Both the position numbers and the translations under genes were made by a program. The notes beneath the pieces are model-generated. The model was not told where the DNA came from and searched no databases. It worked only from the letters and a program-made list of their open reading frames with translations. This document shows positions 45,401-53,540 of a DNA stretch of 58,209 nt, piece after piece. Source of the DNA: a virus (lineage: Duplodnaviria; Caudoviricetes); the IMG/VR virus record IMGVR_UViG_3300034012_000235, positions 1-58,209 of that record; one strand, given 5' to 3'. The first letter of the stretch is position 1; each line of letters begins with the position of its first letter.

Positions 45401-48400
45401 AGTTGTCAGGCCGCTGGACTTAATAAAGTCCACAAGGTACTTGGAAGTGTCGATGATTGACTCACCAACACCAGATGTTTTTGGATCAAGTTTTGACGCC
45501 GTCTCCAAGTACAACAAAGGATCAGCAGACCTTGGATCTTCGGGTGACAACTGTTGAATCTGCCGCGCAAGATCCAAGTCTTCAAATATTCCCTTAAGAA
45601 CCCCCTCTGTTTTATCGTTAATGACGTAAGCAATACTGCCATCAGACAAAACTATTTGTGATGCCGAATTGTCTTCAAGAGCCTCTTTGGCTGTTGCAAG
45701 TCTTACGCCAGAAAATCCTTTGATTTCATCCAAAGCACTCTGAGATAGATCTGCTTTGTTTTCGTCAACTATGGCAGTGCCGCGAATGTCCACTCTAAAC
45801 GGCCCACCAGCCTGTGCATCTCGCACCTCTTGTGCGCTGCGCGTGTTGTTGTTCAGGAAGTCTTGAGCAGATGCCGCCTTGATCTGGCTGACATCATTGC
45901 CGTAAACAGCATGGACGCCTGCACGAATCTGTGCGATCTGATCTTGCGACAGGTCGGCCATCGACAGACCATTGGCTTCGACTACGCGCTGGATCAGCTT
46001 GGCCGTCTCTTGTTGAAGCCTTCCATCAAAAGCCGCAGCAAGGTTACTGTCATTGACTAAATAAGGCTTGTTGTTGAAGATGTAATTGTTGTAACCCGCA
46101 GCCTTAGCAGCAGCCTCTGTGGCCGCTTGGTTCATTGCTGGATCGCCTTCATAGGTCACCGCACGAACGTCTGCCAACCGCTGAGCATATGTCTCGGCAG
46201 TTGCCTCAGAACCGCGCATCATCATCTGAAGATGATCTGCCGTGAGATCCTTTTCAGACAATCCAGCTTTCTTCCAGAGGTCTACAGCCTCTTGGCCGTC
46301 AGTGCTGTTTTTGTCGGCAACAAACTCGTTGTACTTGCCAGCGATGATGTTCTTGGTGTCGGCCTCTGATCGACCCAGCAAGTCCACCATCTCATCATTG
46401 GTCAGCGCTATCTGGCCCTTGCCAATGTCTCGCAAGAACTGATCAAGCTCATCAGAACTAACATTACCCCTGTCGTAGGCGATATTGCCAACCTCAGTTC
46501 TTGCTGAAGACTCAGACAGGCCAATAAGGCCCATGAGTTCAGCCTCAGTGGGCTCTGTGCCTACGTTTTGCCGCCAGAACTGCCGAGCTTCTGCCTCCGT
46601 CGTGTACAGCGCATTGGCGGCTGCAGTCGGATTCTGGCTGTTAAACAGGTAGTCAAGAGCGCTCTGATTGAGCGTTCCGCCTTGACCTTCCAAGACATTA
46701 GCCGCTTGCGTGAGCTTAGTGATCCTGTCTTGGGCCTGCATCTCGTTCAAGCCCAGAAGACTATTCTTCTGTTCTTGCGTCAGCGGCAGACGATTGCCTG
46801 CGGTGCCCTGGATGATTTGATCAAGCTCTGCAGCGTCAGTCTTGTCCTTGTCGTAAATAAAACTAGCGGCTTGCTGCTCTGACAAGCCAACCATTTGACC
46901 AAGCTCAGCCTCTGTAGGCTCGGTGCCAAACGATGATCTCCAGAATGCCCGCGCCTCATCAAGACTTGTGGCAAGCGTGTCTACATATCTGGCCGGATCA
47001 CTTTGCCGCAGGACTTCACTTAATTGGGAATCAGAAAGCTGCTGACCACCAGTGTCTTGGCTGTAGGCGCTTTGCGCGTTGCGAATGACAGAAGACTTTT
47101 GGTCTTGTACTACTTGGGCTGCAGCCGCCTCATCTCTTCCCGTGATCTGCTGTATTTCGCTGCTTGTTGGCTGCCTGCCAAAAGCCTGCTCAAACAATGC
47201 AGTGGCTTCCTGACTGGAGGTACCTGCGCGATCTACGTTCCCAACCAAGTCACCATTGGTCGCATACTGAGCAAGCTCATCATCCGTAGGATCTCTGCCT
47301 GTTTGCTCCTTAAACAAAGATTTTGCTGTGGCCGTATCTTCTATGCCTTTTAGAGCAAGCGCAGCGTTCTTCGTTTCTTGTACTTGAAACTCTTGAACTG
47401 CCTTATCTAAATTGTCAGCACTTGTTTTGTACTGACCAACATACTGCTCGTATTGGTTTTTAAGCCCATCTAAAGTGCTGCTATACGAATTAAAAGTCCC
47501 AATGTTTTGGTTATAAAACTCGTTGTATGACTCAATAATTCTATTAGCGTTATTTGCCTTATTATTTAAGTCATTTAACTTCTCTTCCGCCAAACTATAT
47601 GCAAACTCCCATTGTTCGCCTCCGGGGCGCAAAAACGTAGTATAGGAACCATTCTCATCACTATGGTTATAGAACTGATAGCCCTTTGATGTCAAATACG
47701 ATTCGTCGTTTGACCAACCATAGTTGAAGACTTCATTTACCGCGTTATAAAGCCTTTTTGCGTCATCGTAGTCTGCTGTTGCGTTTTGAACGTCTGCATA
47801 CCTATTGTTTATATCCTTAGCAAGATTGTTGTACGCATCAACATAATTTTGTTGTTGCGCCAAATTGCTGTCAATTTGATCCTTTACATTTTTAACATTG
47901 TCGGCTTCTGCTTTTACTTGTGCGCTGTAATCTTTGACGCCGTCTTTGATGTAATTAAGGCCAATGCCTGCGAATGACGTAAGAGCACTTTGCGTAAACG
48001 CATCCTTAGCGGAGCCTCCAAGGATGCCTGTGGCAATAGCTGTCTTTGTCGCCCGCTGGAAAGCGTCTCCAATCTGAGAGCCAGTGGGCTTGCTCAGAAT
48101 GTCAATGTCTTTTGTGAACTCGCCTACAGCAGTGTTGACACCAGCGCTAAGTCCAGCCGTCAAGCCACCTTTGATCAATGCTTCAATTGGATCACGCCCA
48201 CTCAACAGGGCAGATGTACCGCTGCTGATAGCGCCTGCAGCAGCGCCACCCAAGACATTGCCCATGATGACGGCGGTCTTACCACCTACACCTGAAGCAA
48301 TAGCGTTAAACGCTACATCGCTTGCGATGGAGCTTGCAATTCCGCTTCCTACGCCAGCAGTGATACCTCCAAGAACGGCTGACTTCAGAACATCACTGAC

Positions 48401-48568
48401 ACTCCCGCCTTGAACAGCGGTGATGCCACCCGCAATGACAGCAGTGCCAATAGCAGTAGCGGCAACAGTGCTTACGGCACTGCCAACAATTGCCGCGCCA
48501 ATCGCTCCACCGATTGTGGCGGTTAGGCCAGTTGCCGCAGCCGCCCCAAGAAGTAGTGCTGCTGGCAT
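39500..48568 (-). CDS. Giant (3022 aa) internal virion / ejection protein with helical repeats
   Basis: Gly/Ala-rich hydrophobic N-terminus, short PT-x-x-E-[LI] repeats, ~69-aa tandem repeats, C-terminal GPGDGQSDDIPAMLADGEFV domain. Confidence 0.75.
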   Translation of the reverse strand: MPAALLLGAAAATGLTATIGGAIGAAIVGSAVSTVAATAIGTAVIAGGITAVQGGSVSDVLKSAVLGGITAGVGSGIASSIASDVAFNAIASGVGGKTAVIMGNVLGGAAAGAISSGTSALLSGRDPIEALIKGGLTAGLSAGVNTAVGEFTKDIDILSKPTGSQIGDAFQRATKTAIATGILGGSAKDAFTQSALTSFAGIGLNYIKDGVKDYSAQVKAEADNVKNVKDQIDSNLAQQQNYVDAYNNLAKDINNRYADVQNATADYDDAKRLYNAVNEVFNYGWSNDESYLTSKGYQFYNHSDENGSYTTFLRPGGEQWEFAYSLAEEKLNDLNNKANNANRIIESYNEFYNQNIGTFNSYSSTLDGLKNQYEQYVGQYKTSADNLDKAVQEFQVQETKNAALALKGIEDTATAKSLFKEQTGRDPTDDELAQYATNGDLVGNVDRAGTSSQEATALFEQAFGRQPTSSEIQQITGRDEAAAAQVVQDQKSSVIRNAQSAYSQDTGGQQLSDSQLSEVLRQSDPARYVDTLATSLDEARAFWRSSFGTEPTEAELGQMVGLSEQQAASFIYDKDKTDAAELDQIIQGTAGNRLPLTQEQKNSLLGLNEMQAQDRITKLTQAANVLEGQGGTLNQSALDYLFNSQNPTAAANALYTTEAEARQFWRQNVGTEPTEAELMGLIGLSESSARTEVGNIAYDRGNVSSDELDQFLRDIGKGQIALTNDEMVDLLGRSEADTKNIIAGKYNEFVADKNSTDGQEAVDLWKKAGLSEKDLTADHLQMMMRGSEATAETYAQRLADVRAVTYEGDPAMNQAATEAAAKAAGYNNYIFNNKPYLVNDSNLAAAFDGRLQQETAKLIQRVVEANGLSMADLSQDQIAQIRAGVHAVYGNDVSQIKAASAQDFLNNNTRSAQEVRDAQAGGPFRVDIRGTAIVDENKADLSQSALDEIKGFSGVRLATAKEALEDNSASQIVLSDGSIAYVINDKTEGVLKGIFEDLDLARQIQQLSPEDPRSADPLLYLETASKLDPKTSGVGESIIDTSKYLVDFIKSSGLTTGQKQGLVDAVSVTLQGTGELVKIFSDAAFATGLVSRDNAAAQAAKKVSEYGSSIQSAGTKQQEENILKSISDAKGVWGTLGATVKAIADNPAGALTMLGKEGVQEIPLLLASGGMGRLALGVAGKGLAYATATGTNVFLNGAESFGANFGETYDNIRKQGGTHDQAMTQGWKAGAQGALAAGLLSGVADASLVKTFMGDVGKITAPQFAGMAAKQYAEGWGSEFVENASMQYNSFGQVDWQQSRNAGAIGGILEMGVASGLMAPSAISQNLPVARDVNGNVVTLSEYLSGVKQIQPGSFNFDAITAKVGDAQVSLSDLSRVADVATADPNFSLTAYKTNLDNLAGTGYDNADIGNIALSVTQSPDAQTLTQNLQSLGLQGSDLATAVDVKFDDAAVTTKEAADAFKQYGYFNPDTQTIESFAGVKSEADLVAAVSNYVDRNYIDIQEVKAAAAQQGVTLTDEQAADFIGQRDQSEAETLTRQFADPLAVMRQEAVDSLIAAGYTPELALQAADQFVGQYAESELGGRTQTYVGERQVTEAEARAMLEAVGYTNPTQEEINRFVATTANPIEASTKTAVESFADPLVVAAEEVREAYRQLGLPDPTEADVQALVGKYLEADLSGKAAESLDTARYNSLAQKINQLATGGVDPAMESRLTAAIESAKAEGLQGDVALQSAIDAVAIDLGTSREVLLGQIGKTENQLRTEFATQLGSISTELGNVEGRLTAAIESAKSQGMSSDAALQSAISAVAADLGTSKEALLGQIGKTEAQLRSDFSTQLGAVTTELGNVEIRLNTAIEAAKTSGLAGDAALNAAIESVAGDLGTTREALLGQIGKTETQLRSDFATQLGAVTTELGNVETRLSAAIDAAKASGLQGDAALQAAINSVSSELGTTKEALLGQLGKTETQLRTDFSTQLGQVQAELGNVESRLTAAIDAAKASGLQGDAALQAAIQSVAGDLGTTRENLLSQLGTTEAALRTEFSTQLGGVTAELGNVESRLTAAIAAAKASGLQGDAALQAAINSVSSELGTTKQDLLGQIGKTEEQLRTDFSTQLGAVTTEIGNVETRLQDAIAAAKASGLAGDAALNQAIQSVAADLGVTKESLLGQIGKTEQTLRTDFATELGGVREELGGVETRLTQAIADAKAAGLQGDAALDAAIQAVAGDLGIAKTDLLSQIGKSEETLRTQFATELGGVRKELTGVEKRLQDAIAAAEASGLSRDQALTAAIDSVASDLGVTKNDLLGQIGKSEQTLRQELQAGLGGVETQIGNVEQRLSSAIAAAEAAGMSRDQAITAAINSVASDLGTTKADLLTQLGTTEQALRSQFTSQLGDVESRLQSAIAAAEASGMSRDQALQSALNTVAADLGTTKADLISQIGTTESTLRGEIEASQTALGQQIESTEQRLTQAIAAAEARGMTRDQAIQSGLDQVASDLGTTRQDLLTQLGQTQSALSSEIQASQQTLGQQITSTESRLNDAIAAAEARGLTRYQAIQAGLTQVATDLGTSRADILSQLGATASDLRAEIEASQTALGQQITTGLEGLGTALSDAEARINTRASEYEAQGLSRDQALSRAIGDVATQLGTTAQNLQGQITEAKTQLSGQITSGQTALQKQIDEASTLLGKPAQAVTQADLDYVNSVIKGEVTTAPDLTYDVNRDGKIDQSDYDFLNRATTGSGEPPEFAPGSRWAPTGLFGEISGLKTDLTGQLQQMERQRIADEEKDKAARLALQRRQTGLEMLQPAAGPSKTQAAPTVSPLQTSGQSKFLGPLAAFFSQVEKGDFTPSTQQQTTMAPQQQQQTQPDRYAYGKETSIDALLDPYGENKSQEQQSPFGFKAGGLATPLFASGGGTRYGKYAKGGLNVVHHSGKARVDFRHGDAVTGPGDGQSDDIPAMLADGEFVFPADVVAALGNGSTKAGSDKLYDMMHSIRAHARSSGPKDLPPPAKSPLEYLKKTSKQKSARG
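40660..43450 (-). repeat. About 14 degenerate tandem repeats, unit mostly 207 bp (69 aa), within the giant gene
   Basis: GDAAL / SRDQA anchors at about 42969, 42762, 42555, 42348, 42141, 41934 (207-bp spacing) and flanking copies. Confidence 0.85.
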
Positions 48569-48988
48569 TTACAACTCCACCACGTAAACGTTCATCATTT
48601 GGCCCTGGACTTCAGACTGGTACTCTTGGATCTCAAGGTCAACCATTTTTGCCAGCTTGGAGAATTTCTTGTCGGGAGTGTAGGTGTAGGCCACTTTGAC
48701 TCCGATGCCCTTGAGGTAGTTTGTAAGGTCCACAAAGTTCTTTGCCATGTCGCGTGGACGCTTTTCATCGCCCATCGTGTGAACCTCGACCAGTTCTTTA
48801 CCACGCACAAGCACAAGGAAAAGCACATTCCCAAGATGAACTAGCTTGGCACTCTCTTCTTGAACCAAGCCAGCCAAAGCCCCAAGCATTTGCTGGGCTT
48901 CTTCTTCTGTTTTGGTGACGCTACGGCAATACTCAGTGGCAATACGAAGGATTTCGTCTGCCTCTTTCTTGTCAATTTCTTGTGCCAT
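48569..48988 (-). CDS. Hypothetical protein, possibly GNAT-like fold
   Basis: Alpha/beta pattern VEVHT...YLKGIGVKVAYT; sits just before the ejection genes, like T7 gp13 (inference). Confidence 0.55.
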   Translation of the reverse strand: MAQEIDKKEADEILRIATEYCRSVTKTEEEAQQMLGALAGLVQEESAKLVHLGNVLFLVLVRGKELVEVHTMGDEKRPRDMAKNFVDLTNYLKGIGVKVAYTYTPDKKFSKLAKMVDLEIQEYQSEVQGQMMNVYVVEL

Positions 48989-49033
48989 TACGTCAGATTC
49001 CAGAAGTTGCAGACAAGATTGCCACTTGTTGCT

Positions 49034-49375
49034 TTAACTTATTGCGGGGTTGATAGCGCCAATCAGCGCCTGCGCCCAGTCATGCCAGTCATCGTAGTCA
49101 TCGGTTCCTGGGATGGCTTCGTTAGTGAACACATCAATGGCCTTCAATCCATTGCCCCAGAGCTTCCAGTCCGTGTTCTGATTTGGGATCTCCAGATGAT
49201 TGACAGCGTATTGCTCGGCCATCAGGCATGCCCAAGACTCAAAAGAGTGATACCTCGGATCATAGACAAGTGGAGAACTTCCCGCCACCCCTGTTGATGA
49301 GGGAGCAAGGCCAAACGTACCCACCAGCAACGGGGAAAACCCAATGCCAAATAAGGCGACTGACCTTGGAGTCAT
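49034..49375 (-). CDS. Tail-region protein with an apparently added N-terminal segment
   Basis: Hydrophobic leader, G/S linker, then LVYDPRYHSFESWA...DWKLWG...WHDWA. Confidence 0.65.
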   Translation of the reverse strand: MTPRSVALFGIGFSPLLVGTFGLAPSSTGVAGSSPLVYDPRYHSFESWACLMAEQYAVNHLEIPNQNTDWKLWGNGLKAIDVFTNEAIPGTDDYDDWHDWAQALIGAINPAIS

Positions 49376-50883
49376 GTCAGCCTCGTCACTACAGTCGTGA
49401 ATCCATTCGTCTCAATAGACTGAGACAGAGTGCCCACAAACCTACCGTTCTGGGTCACCTGCAACGTATCCGTCAGGGCATACAGAGCCGCAAGGTCTTC
49501 AATCATCTGACCAGGATCGTCCGTTGTGTAAGTCACCCCAGATACCGTCTTGACTGTCACAGTTCCGTTCCTGGCCTCTGTGATGGACTGAACAATATCA
49601 TCCACAGCACGGAAGTTGGTGTTGACCGTCAAGGGCATCGAATCAAGACCATTGAGCTTGTAGATTTGCTGGAGCAGCCTAGCCTGGGCTCTGGTGATCG
49701 TGTACGTTCCAAGCTCTACCGCGGCACTGAAGAATTGGTTTGTGTTGACGTACAGCGGCGGCTGTAGATTGATCGGCCCAGGCGTGACCGTAGGCGAGTA
49801 GAAGACGTTGGTGTTGACCACCAACGGCGGAACCAGCCGCGTGTCAACAGTCGCAGCGTAGAACGTATTGGGGTTCGTGTAGAGCCCCGGATTCAGGAAG
49901 TTCTGAGCCGTGACAGACGCTAAGTAGAACGTCTGTGTGTTGTCGTACCTAGCAGGGTTGAGGCTGTACGTCCCTACAACTGTCGGCGTGTAGAACGTGT
50001 TGACGTTCGTGAACAGCGCAGGCAGAAGCTCATTCGCCGTCGAGATGCTGGGCGAATAGAACGTCTGTGTGTTCGTGTACAGCCCAGGCAGCAGCGTATT
50101 CTGTGTACTGACTGTTGCGCTATAGAACGTCTGCGAGTTGACTACAAGGCTCGGCAGCAAGGCATTTGCTGCATCAACCGTGGCGCTGTAGAAGGTCTGA
50201 GTATTCGTGACCAGCGACGGACTAAGGGTGTATGCGCCCCCAACTGTTGCTGAGTAGAAGGTGTTGGTGTTGGTGTAAAGAGCAGGCGCTAACGTGTTCT
50301 CTGAAAGAACAACGGGCGCGTAGAACGCATTACTGTTGTCATACCTTGCAGGCAGCAACTCATTGCTGGCTACTACTACCGCGGAGTAGAAAGTATTGGT
50401 GTTCGTGTACAGCGCCGGGAACAGATTCTGCGTCGGGCCAGTCTGTGTAATGGTCGCCGAGTAAAACGTCTGTGCGTTGTCGTATCTGCTTGGGCTTAAG
50501 TTGTAAACCGCAGAAACATTTGCTGCATAGAACTGATTGGTGTTGTCGTACCTTGCCGCAGACAAGGTGTTGGTTGCGTCAACAACAGGCGTATAGAACG
50601 CATTTGTGTTGTCGTACCGCGCAGGCGTCAGCGTATTGCTGGATGCAACTGTGGCTGAATAGAAGGTCTGTGTATTGGTGTAAAGAGACGGCGCTAAAGT
50701 GCTGACCGCAGAGACAACAGGCGTGTAGAAGGTATTGCTGTTGTCGTAGCGTACCGGAACCAGCGTATTGCTTGCGGCAACCGTCGCTGCGTCAAAAGTA
50801 TTGACGTTGTCGTACCGCGCAATCTGTGTGAGGGTTTGCGCGGGAGGCCCCGCCCCGGCAGATTGGAGCAGGGTGAGCAGCAT
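49372..50883 (-). CDS. Fibre-like protein with 17 tandem ~22-aa repeats
   Basis: Consensus NTLxPxxYxNxNTFYxxTV, counted manually. Confidence 0.75.
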   Translation of the reverse strand: MLLTLLQSAGAGPPAQTLTQIARYDNVNTFDAATVAASNTLVPVRYDNSNTFYTPVVSAVSTLAPSLYTNTQTFYSATVASSNTLTPARYDNTNAFYTPVVDATNTLSAARYDNTNQFYAANVSAVYNLSPSRYDNAQTFYSATITQTGPTQNLFPALYTNTNTFYSAVVVASNELLPARYDNSNAFYAPVVLSENTLAPALYTNTNTFYSATVGGAYTLSPSLVTNTQTFYSATVDAANALLPSLVVNSQTFYSATVSTQNTLLPGLYTNTQTFYSPSISTANELLPALFTNVNTFYTPTVVGTYSLNPARYDNTQTFYLASVTAQNFLNPGLYTNPNTFYAATVDTRLVPPLVVNTNVFYSPTVTPGPINLQPPLYVNTNQFFSAAVELGTYTITRAQARLLQQIYKLNGLDSMPLTVNTNFRAVDDIVQSITEARNGTVTVKTVSGVTYTTDDPGQMIEDLAALYALTDTLQVTQNGRFVGTLSQSIETNGFTTVVTRLT

Positions 50884-50886
50884 GCT

Positions 50887-51051
50887 TTACGCCAGCGTTT
50901 TAAGCTGGTCCAGCGTCAACTGAGTTTGAGCAATCTGCGAATCCAGCGACACAACTTGGTTCATGTCGCCAACGGACACCGCTGAAGCGCGGGCCGAATT
51001 CAGCGCTGCCAGTTTGTAACTGACCAGTTGAATTAGTTCTGCAATGCTCAT
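50887..51051 (-). CDS. Small coiled-coil protein (54 aa; not in ORF track)
   Basis: MSIAELIQLVSYKLAALNSARASAVSVGDMNQVVSLDSQIAQTQLTLDQLKTLA; ATGA overlap. Confidence 0.7.
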   Translation of the reverse strand: MSIAELIQLVSYKLAALNSARASAVSVGDMNQVVSLDSQIAQTQLTLDQLKTLA

Positions 51052-52673
51052 ACCAGCACCACGCATTCTTGTGCGATTGTGGAAAGATGCGACTGCAAGA
51101 ACACAGTGTCGTAAGTGTCAGTGCCGTCAAGGGCGCAATAACACGCCACCCGATTCCCCAGCGCCGCAGTGCCTGACTGCAAGAAATCCGTAGGCGTAAA
51201 TGCTGACAGGACGCGATTCTCTACGTCAAACCGATACATCTGGCTGATCTGCGAAGCCACGTACAGGTTCATGTAGAACATCCGGCCTTCGTTGTCAAAC
51301 GGGCTGTAACACCCACCCGACCCCGTGGTTGGAAGCGCACCGGGGGAGCCGTCATAAACAATCGCACCCGTCCATGTGCCCGTGATCGCTCCTGCAATGT
51401 CCAGCACATCCAGCGTTGCCGCGCCGCCTCGGAAGAAGTAGCAGAACGACTGCCGACCGTACCTGTTTTGATCCGGTTCAATTCCCCATGAGGGTGCCCA
51501 CATGCCGCCAGCAGCATTCGCAGCAGGAGCCACACCAAAGTACGCTGTGCTCCAGGCGTTGGCAACGATGTTGTTGGTGCCGTTGTTGATGGTTGCGTCG
51601 GTGTAGTTGTACGTGTACACCGTGGTCGTCGCCGTGCTGCGCAGCAGCATGAGATTCGGCAGTTCAATCACGAACTTTGCCGTGGCAGAAGGCGTCACCG
51701 TCCAGTTGGTGCCCAGCGTGTAAACCGGGCTCGGCCCTGCGGTGTGGCTGGCGATGATCCGCCGCTGCCCCACCGCCGTGACGTTGGTTGTGTCTTCAAC
51801 AATCCGGATTTGGAAGTTGCGGTATTCGTTTGCCAGCACTACCGCATCGCCCAACGTGGCCTGACCCGTCAGCGTGCCTGCTGCCGTAGCTGTGGCGGTC
51901 AAGGCAAACCGCTGCACAACCCCAGTGTCGTAGTTGAAAGCCCCCTTGATCATCCCGTCGCCGGGAGAATTGTTATAAGGGACGTACTGCTCATCTAGCA
52001 CCATCAGGCTTGAGTCCGTGCCGATGGTCGCGGGGAGGTTCGTGTTTCCCAGCGAGGCTAGGGTGTTGGTCGCCACTTCAAACGAGCGGAAAATTGTCGC
52101 CGCCAATGCGCCTGCCGACAGCATCATCACCCGACCTGCCACAATTTCGTAGCGTGAGCCAGTAGTGGGCGTAAAGCCGAAAGCTGACAAGACCGTGATC
52201 GTTGGCGTAGTGCCCCCGGTATTGCCCGTGATATACCGTTCAACAGTCTTGCCTGACCCGCCTGCCGCGTTGTCAATAATGCGCAGCTTGTAGCCATACT
52301 CACCCGAGCCGCCTCGGTTAGCAAGCATGTTCACACCCACAGCAGTAGGCAGTGCGGTGGTCAGCACTACAGAAGTCGTTGTGGATCCCGCAGCAATCGT
52401 GCCCACAAGACCAAACGAAGGAACAAACGCCGAGGCTGCCCCAGCACCGAACGTGCCGCCAAGACCGGGGTTCACTGCAAACGCAGACCCCTTCGTGATG
52501 ATGTTGTAGCGGTTGAGAATTGCCGCTGATACCAACTGGTACACAAACGGGTTACGAGAGATGTCATTGCGCAGATCGCTACACACGTTGACCGCAGCAG
52601 CATGGGCAGTTGGCATGGGCGGAACTTGCCGCCACACCAGCGTGTCAATGACCTTCTTAAATGTGTTTGCCAT
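51048..52673 (-). CDS. Beta-rich virion appendage protein
   Basis: 541 aa; internal duplication (YKLRIID...GKTVERYITGNT / FQIRIVED...GQRRIIASHT); propeller-like segments. Confidence 0.65.
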   Translation of the reverse strand: MANTFKKVIDTLVWRQVPPMPTAHAAAVNVCSDLRNDISRNPFVYQLVSAAILNRYNIITKGSAFAVNPGLGGTFGAGAASAFVPSFGLVGTIAAGSTTTSVVLTTALPTAVGVNMLANRGGSGEYGYKLRIIDNAAGGSGKTVERYITGNTGGTTPTITVLSAFGFTPTTGSRYEIVAGRVMMLSAGALAATIFRSFEVATNTLASLGNTNLPATIGTDSSLMVLDEQYVPYNNSPGDGMIKGAFNYDTGVVQRFALTATATAAGTLTGQATLGDAVVLANEYRNFQIRIVEDTTNVTAVGQRRIIASHTAGPSPVYTLGTNWTVTPSATAKFVIELPNLMLLRSTATTTVYTYNYTDATINNGTNNIVANAWSTAYFGVAPAANAAGGMWAPSWGIEPDQNRYGRQSFCYFFRGGAATLDVLDIAGAITGTWTGAIVYDGSPGALPTTGSGGCYSPFDNEGRMFYMNLYVASQISQMYRFDVENRVLSAFTPTDFLQSGTAALGNRVACYCALDGTDTYDTVFLQSHLSTIAQECVVLV

Positions 52674-53078
52674 TTAGGTAATCCTTGCGCGTACGCACTG
52701 CGCCCAGGCCGTGCGGTTGGTGTCGAGCACAGTCATACGGGCGTTGTACGTGTCAATGTTGTTCAAAGAGGTGACGGCAGTGACTGTGGTTACCGTACCC
52801 GACTCCACCAACACCGTGCCCCGCTGCCGCTGCAAACTCTTGTCGTACCCCATCGGGGCGTTCAAGTAGTTCAGCATCCGCACCAGCAGAAGCGCCATGC
52901 TCTGGCGCGTTTCCTCCGCTGCTGCGTCAGACACCGGCATCGGGTTTGCGTCAGAGACATCAACCGCCGTATTGTCCGCGCCAATACCAATTTTCACGCG
53001 CTGGTGCAGTACGCCGCCGATGTCGTCAGCAGCAATTACCGCACCAGAGCCTGGGGTATATCCTACGTTGTCAGCCAT
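52674..53078 (-). CDS. Virion appendage protein
   Basis: IAADDIGGVLHQRVKI...VSDANPMPV; TVTTVT. Confidence 0.65.
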   Translation of the reverse strand: MADNVGYTPGSGAVIAADDIGGVLHQRVKIGIGADNTAVDVSDANPMPVSDAAAEETRQSMALLLVRMLNYLNAPMGYDKSLQRQRGTVLVESGTVTTVTAVTSLNNIDTYNARMTVLDTNRTAWAQCVRARIT

Positions 53079-53116
53079 GGCCTACATTCTATGGTCAACG
53101 ACAGTTTTAACACGGC

Positions 53117-53521
53117 TTAAAGTGCAAAAATGCCTGATGCGTTCCAAGTAACCGTGATATTGCCGCCGTTCGGAGTAACCGGCAGACCCGTCACACCAGT
53201 ATCGATGTACGCCACCAGCGGTGATGTAGCGGCCGTTCCGGTGTCCACATAGATCACCAGCGCCTCAACACTGTTACCAGTCACAGCGGTGTAGGTCACA
53301 TCGGCTCCGTCAAAGACGCCGTTGGTCACCGTCTTGGTGGCACCAATAGTTTGAGCAGTGCCCACAACACCAGTCAACGAAGTCAGGAACTGATCCGCCG
53401 CGTTGTAGGTGTACGTTCCCGTATCGACCAAGGCAACCTTGACCGTTCCAGACAGAAGGTCGGTGTTGGTGGCGGCACCAAGGATAACTTCCTTGTACTT
53501 CGGATAAATGGCGTTTGCCAT
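53117..53521 (-). CDS. Conserved fibre / filament-associated structural protein
   Basis: VKVALVD...GVFDGADVTY...LVAYID..GLPVTPNGGNITVTW; AAGGAG SD. Confidence 0.7.
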   Translation of the reverse strand: MANAIYPKYKEVILGAATNTDLLSGTVKVALVDTGTYTYNAADQFLTSLTGVVGTAQTIGATKTVTNGVFDGADVTYTAVTGNSVEALVIYVDTGTAATSPLVAYIDTGVTGLPVTPNGGNITVTWNASGIFAL

Positions 53522-53540
53522 GATTTACTCCTTCAGGGGA

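Noticed and set aside
48989-49033. Possible promoter before the ejection cluster
   Set aside because: Only weak -35/-10 matches, and they run into the start codon; not supportable.
40660-50883. Tandem repeats as a CRISPR array
   Set aside because: The repeats are degenerate, codon-phased and protein-coding, with no constant repeat / unique spacer pattern and no cas genes.
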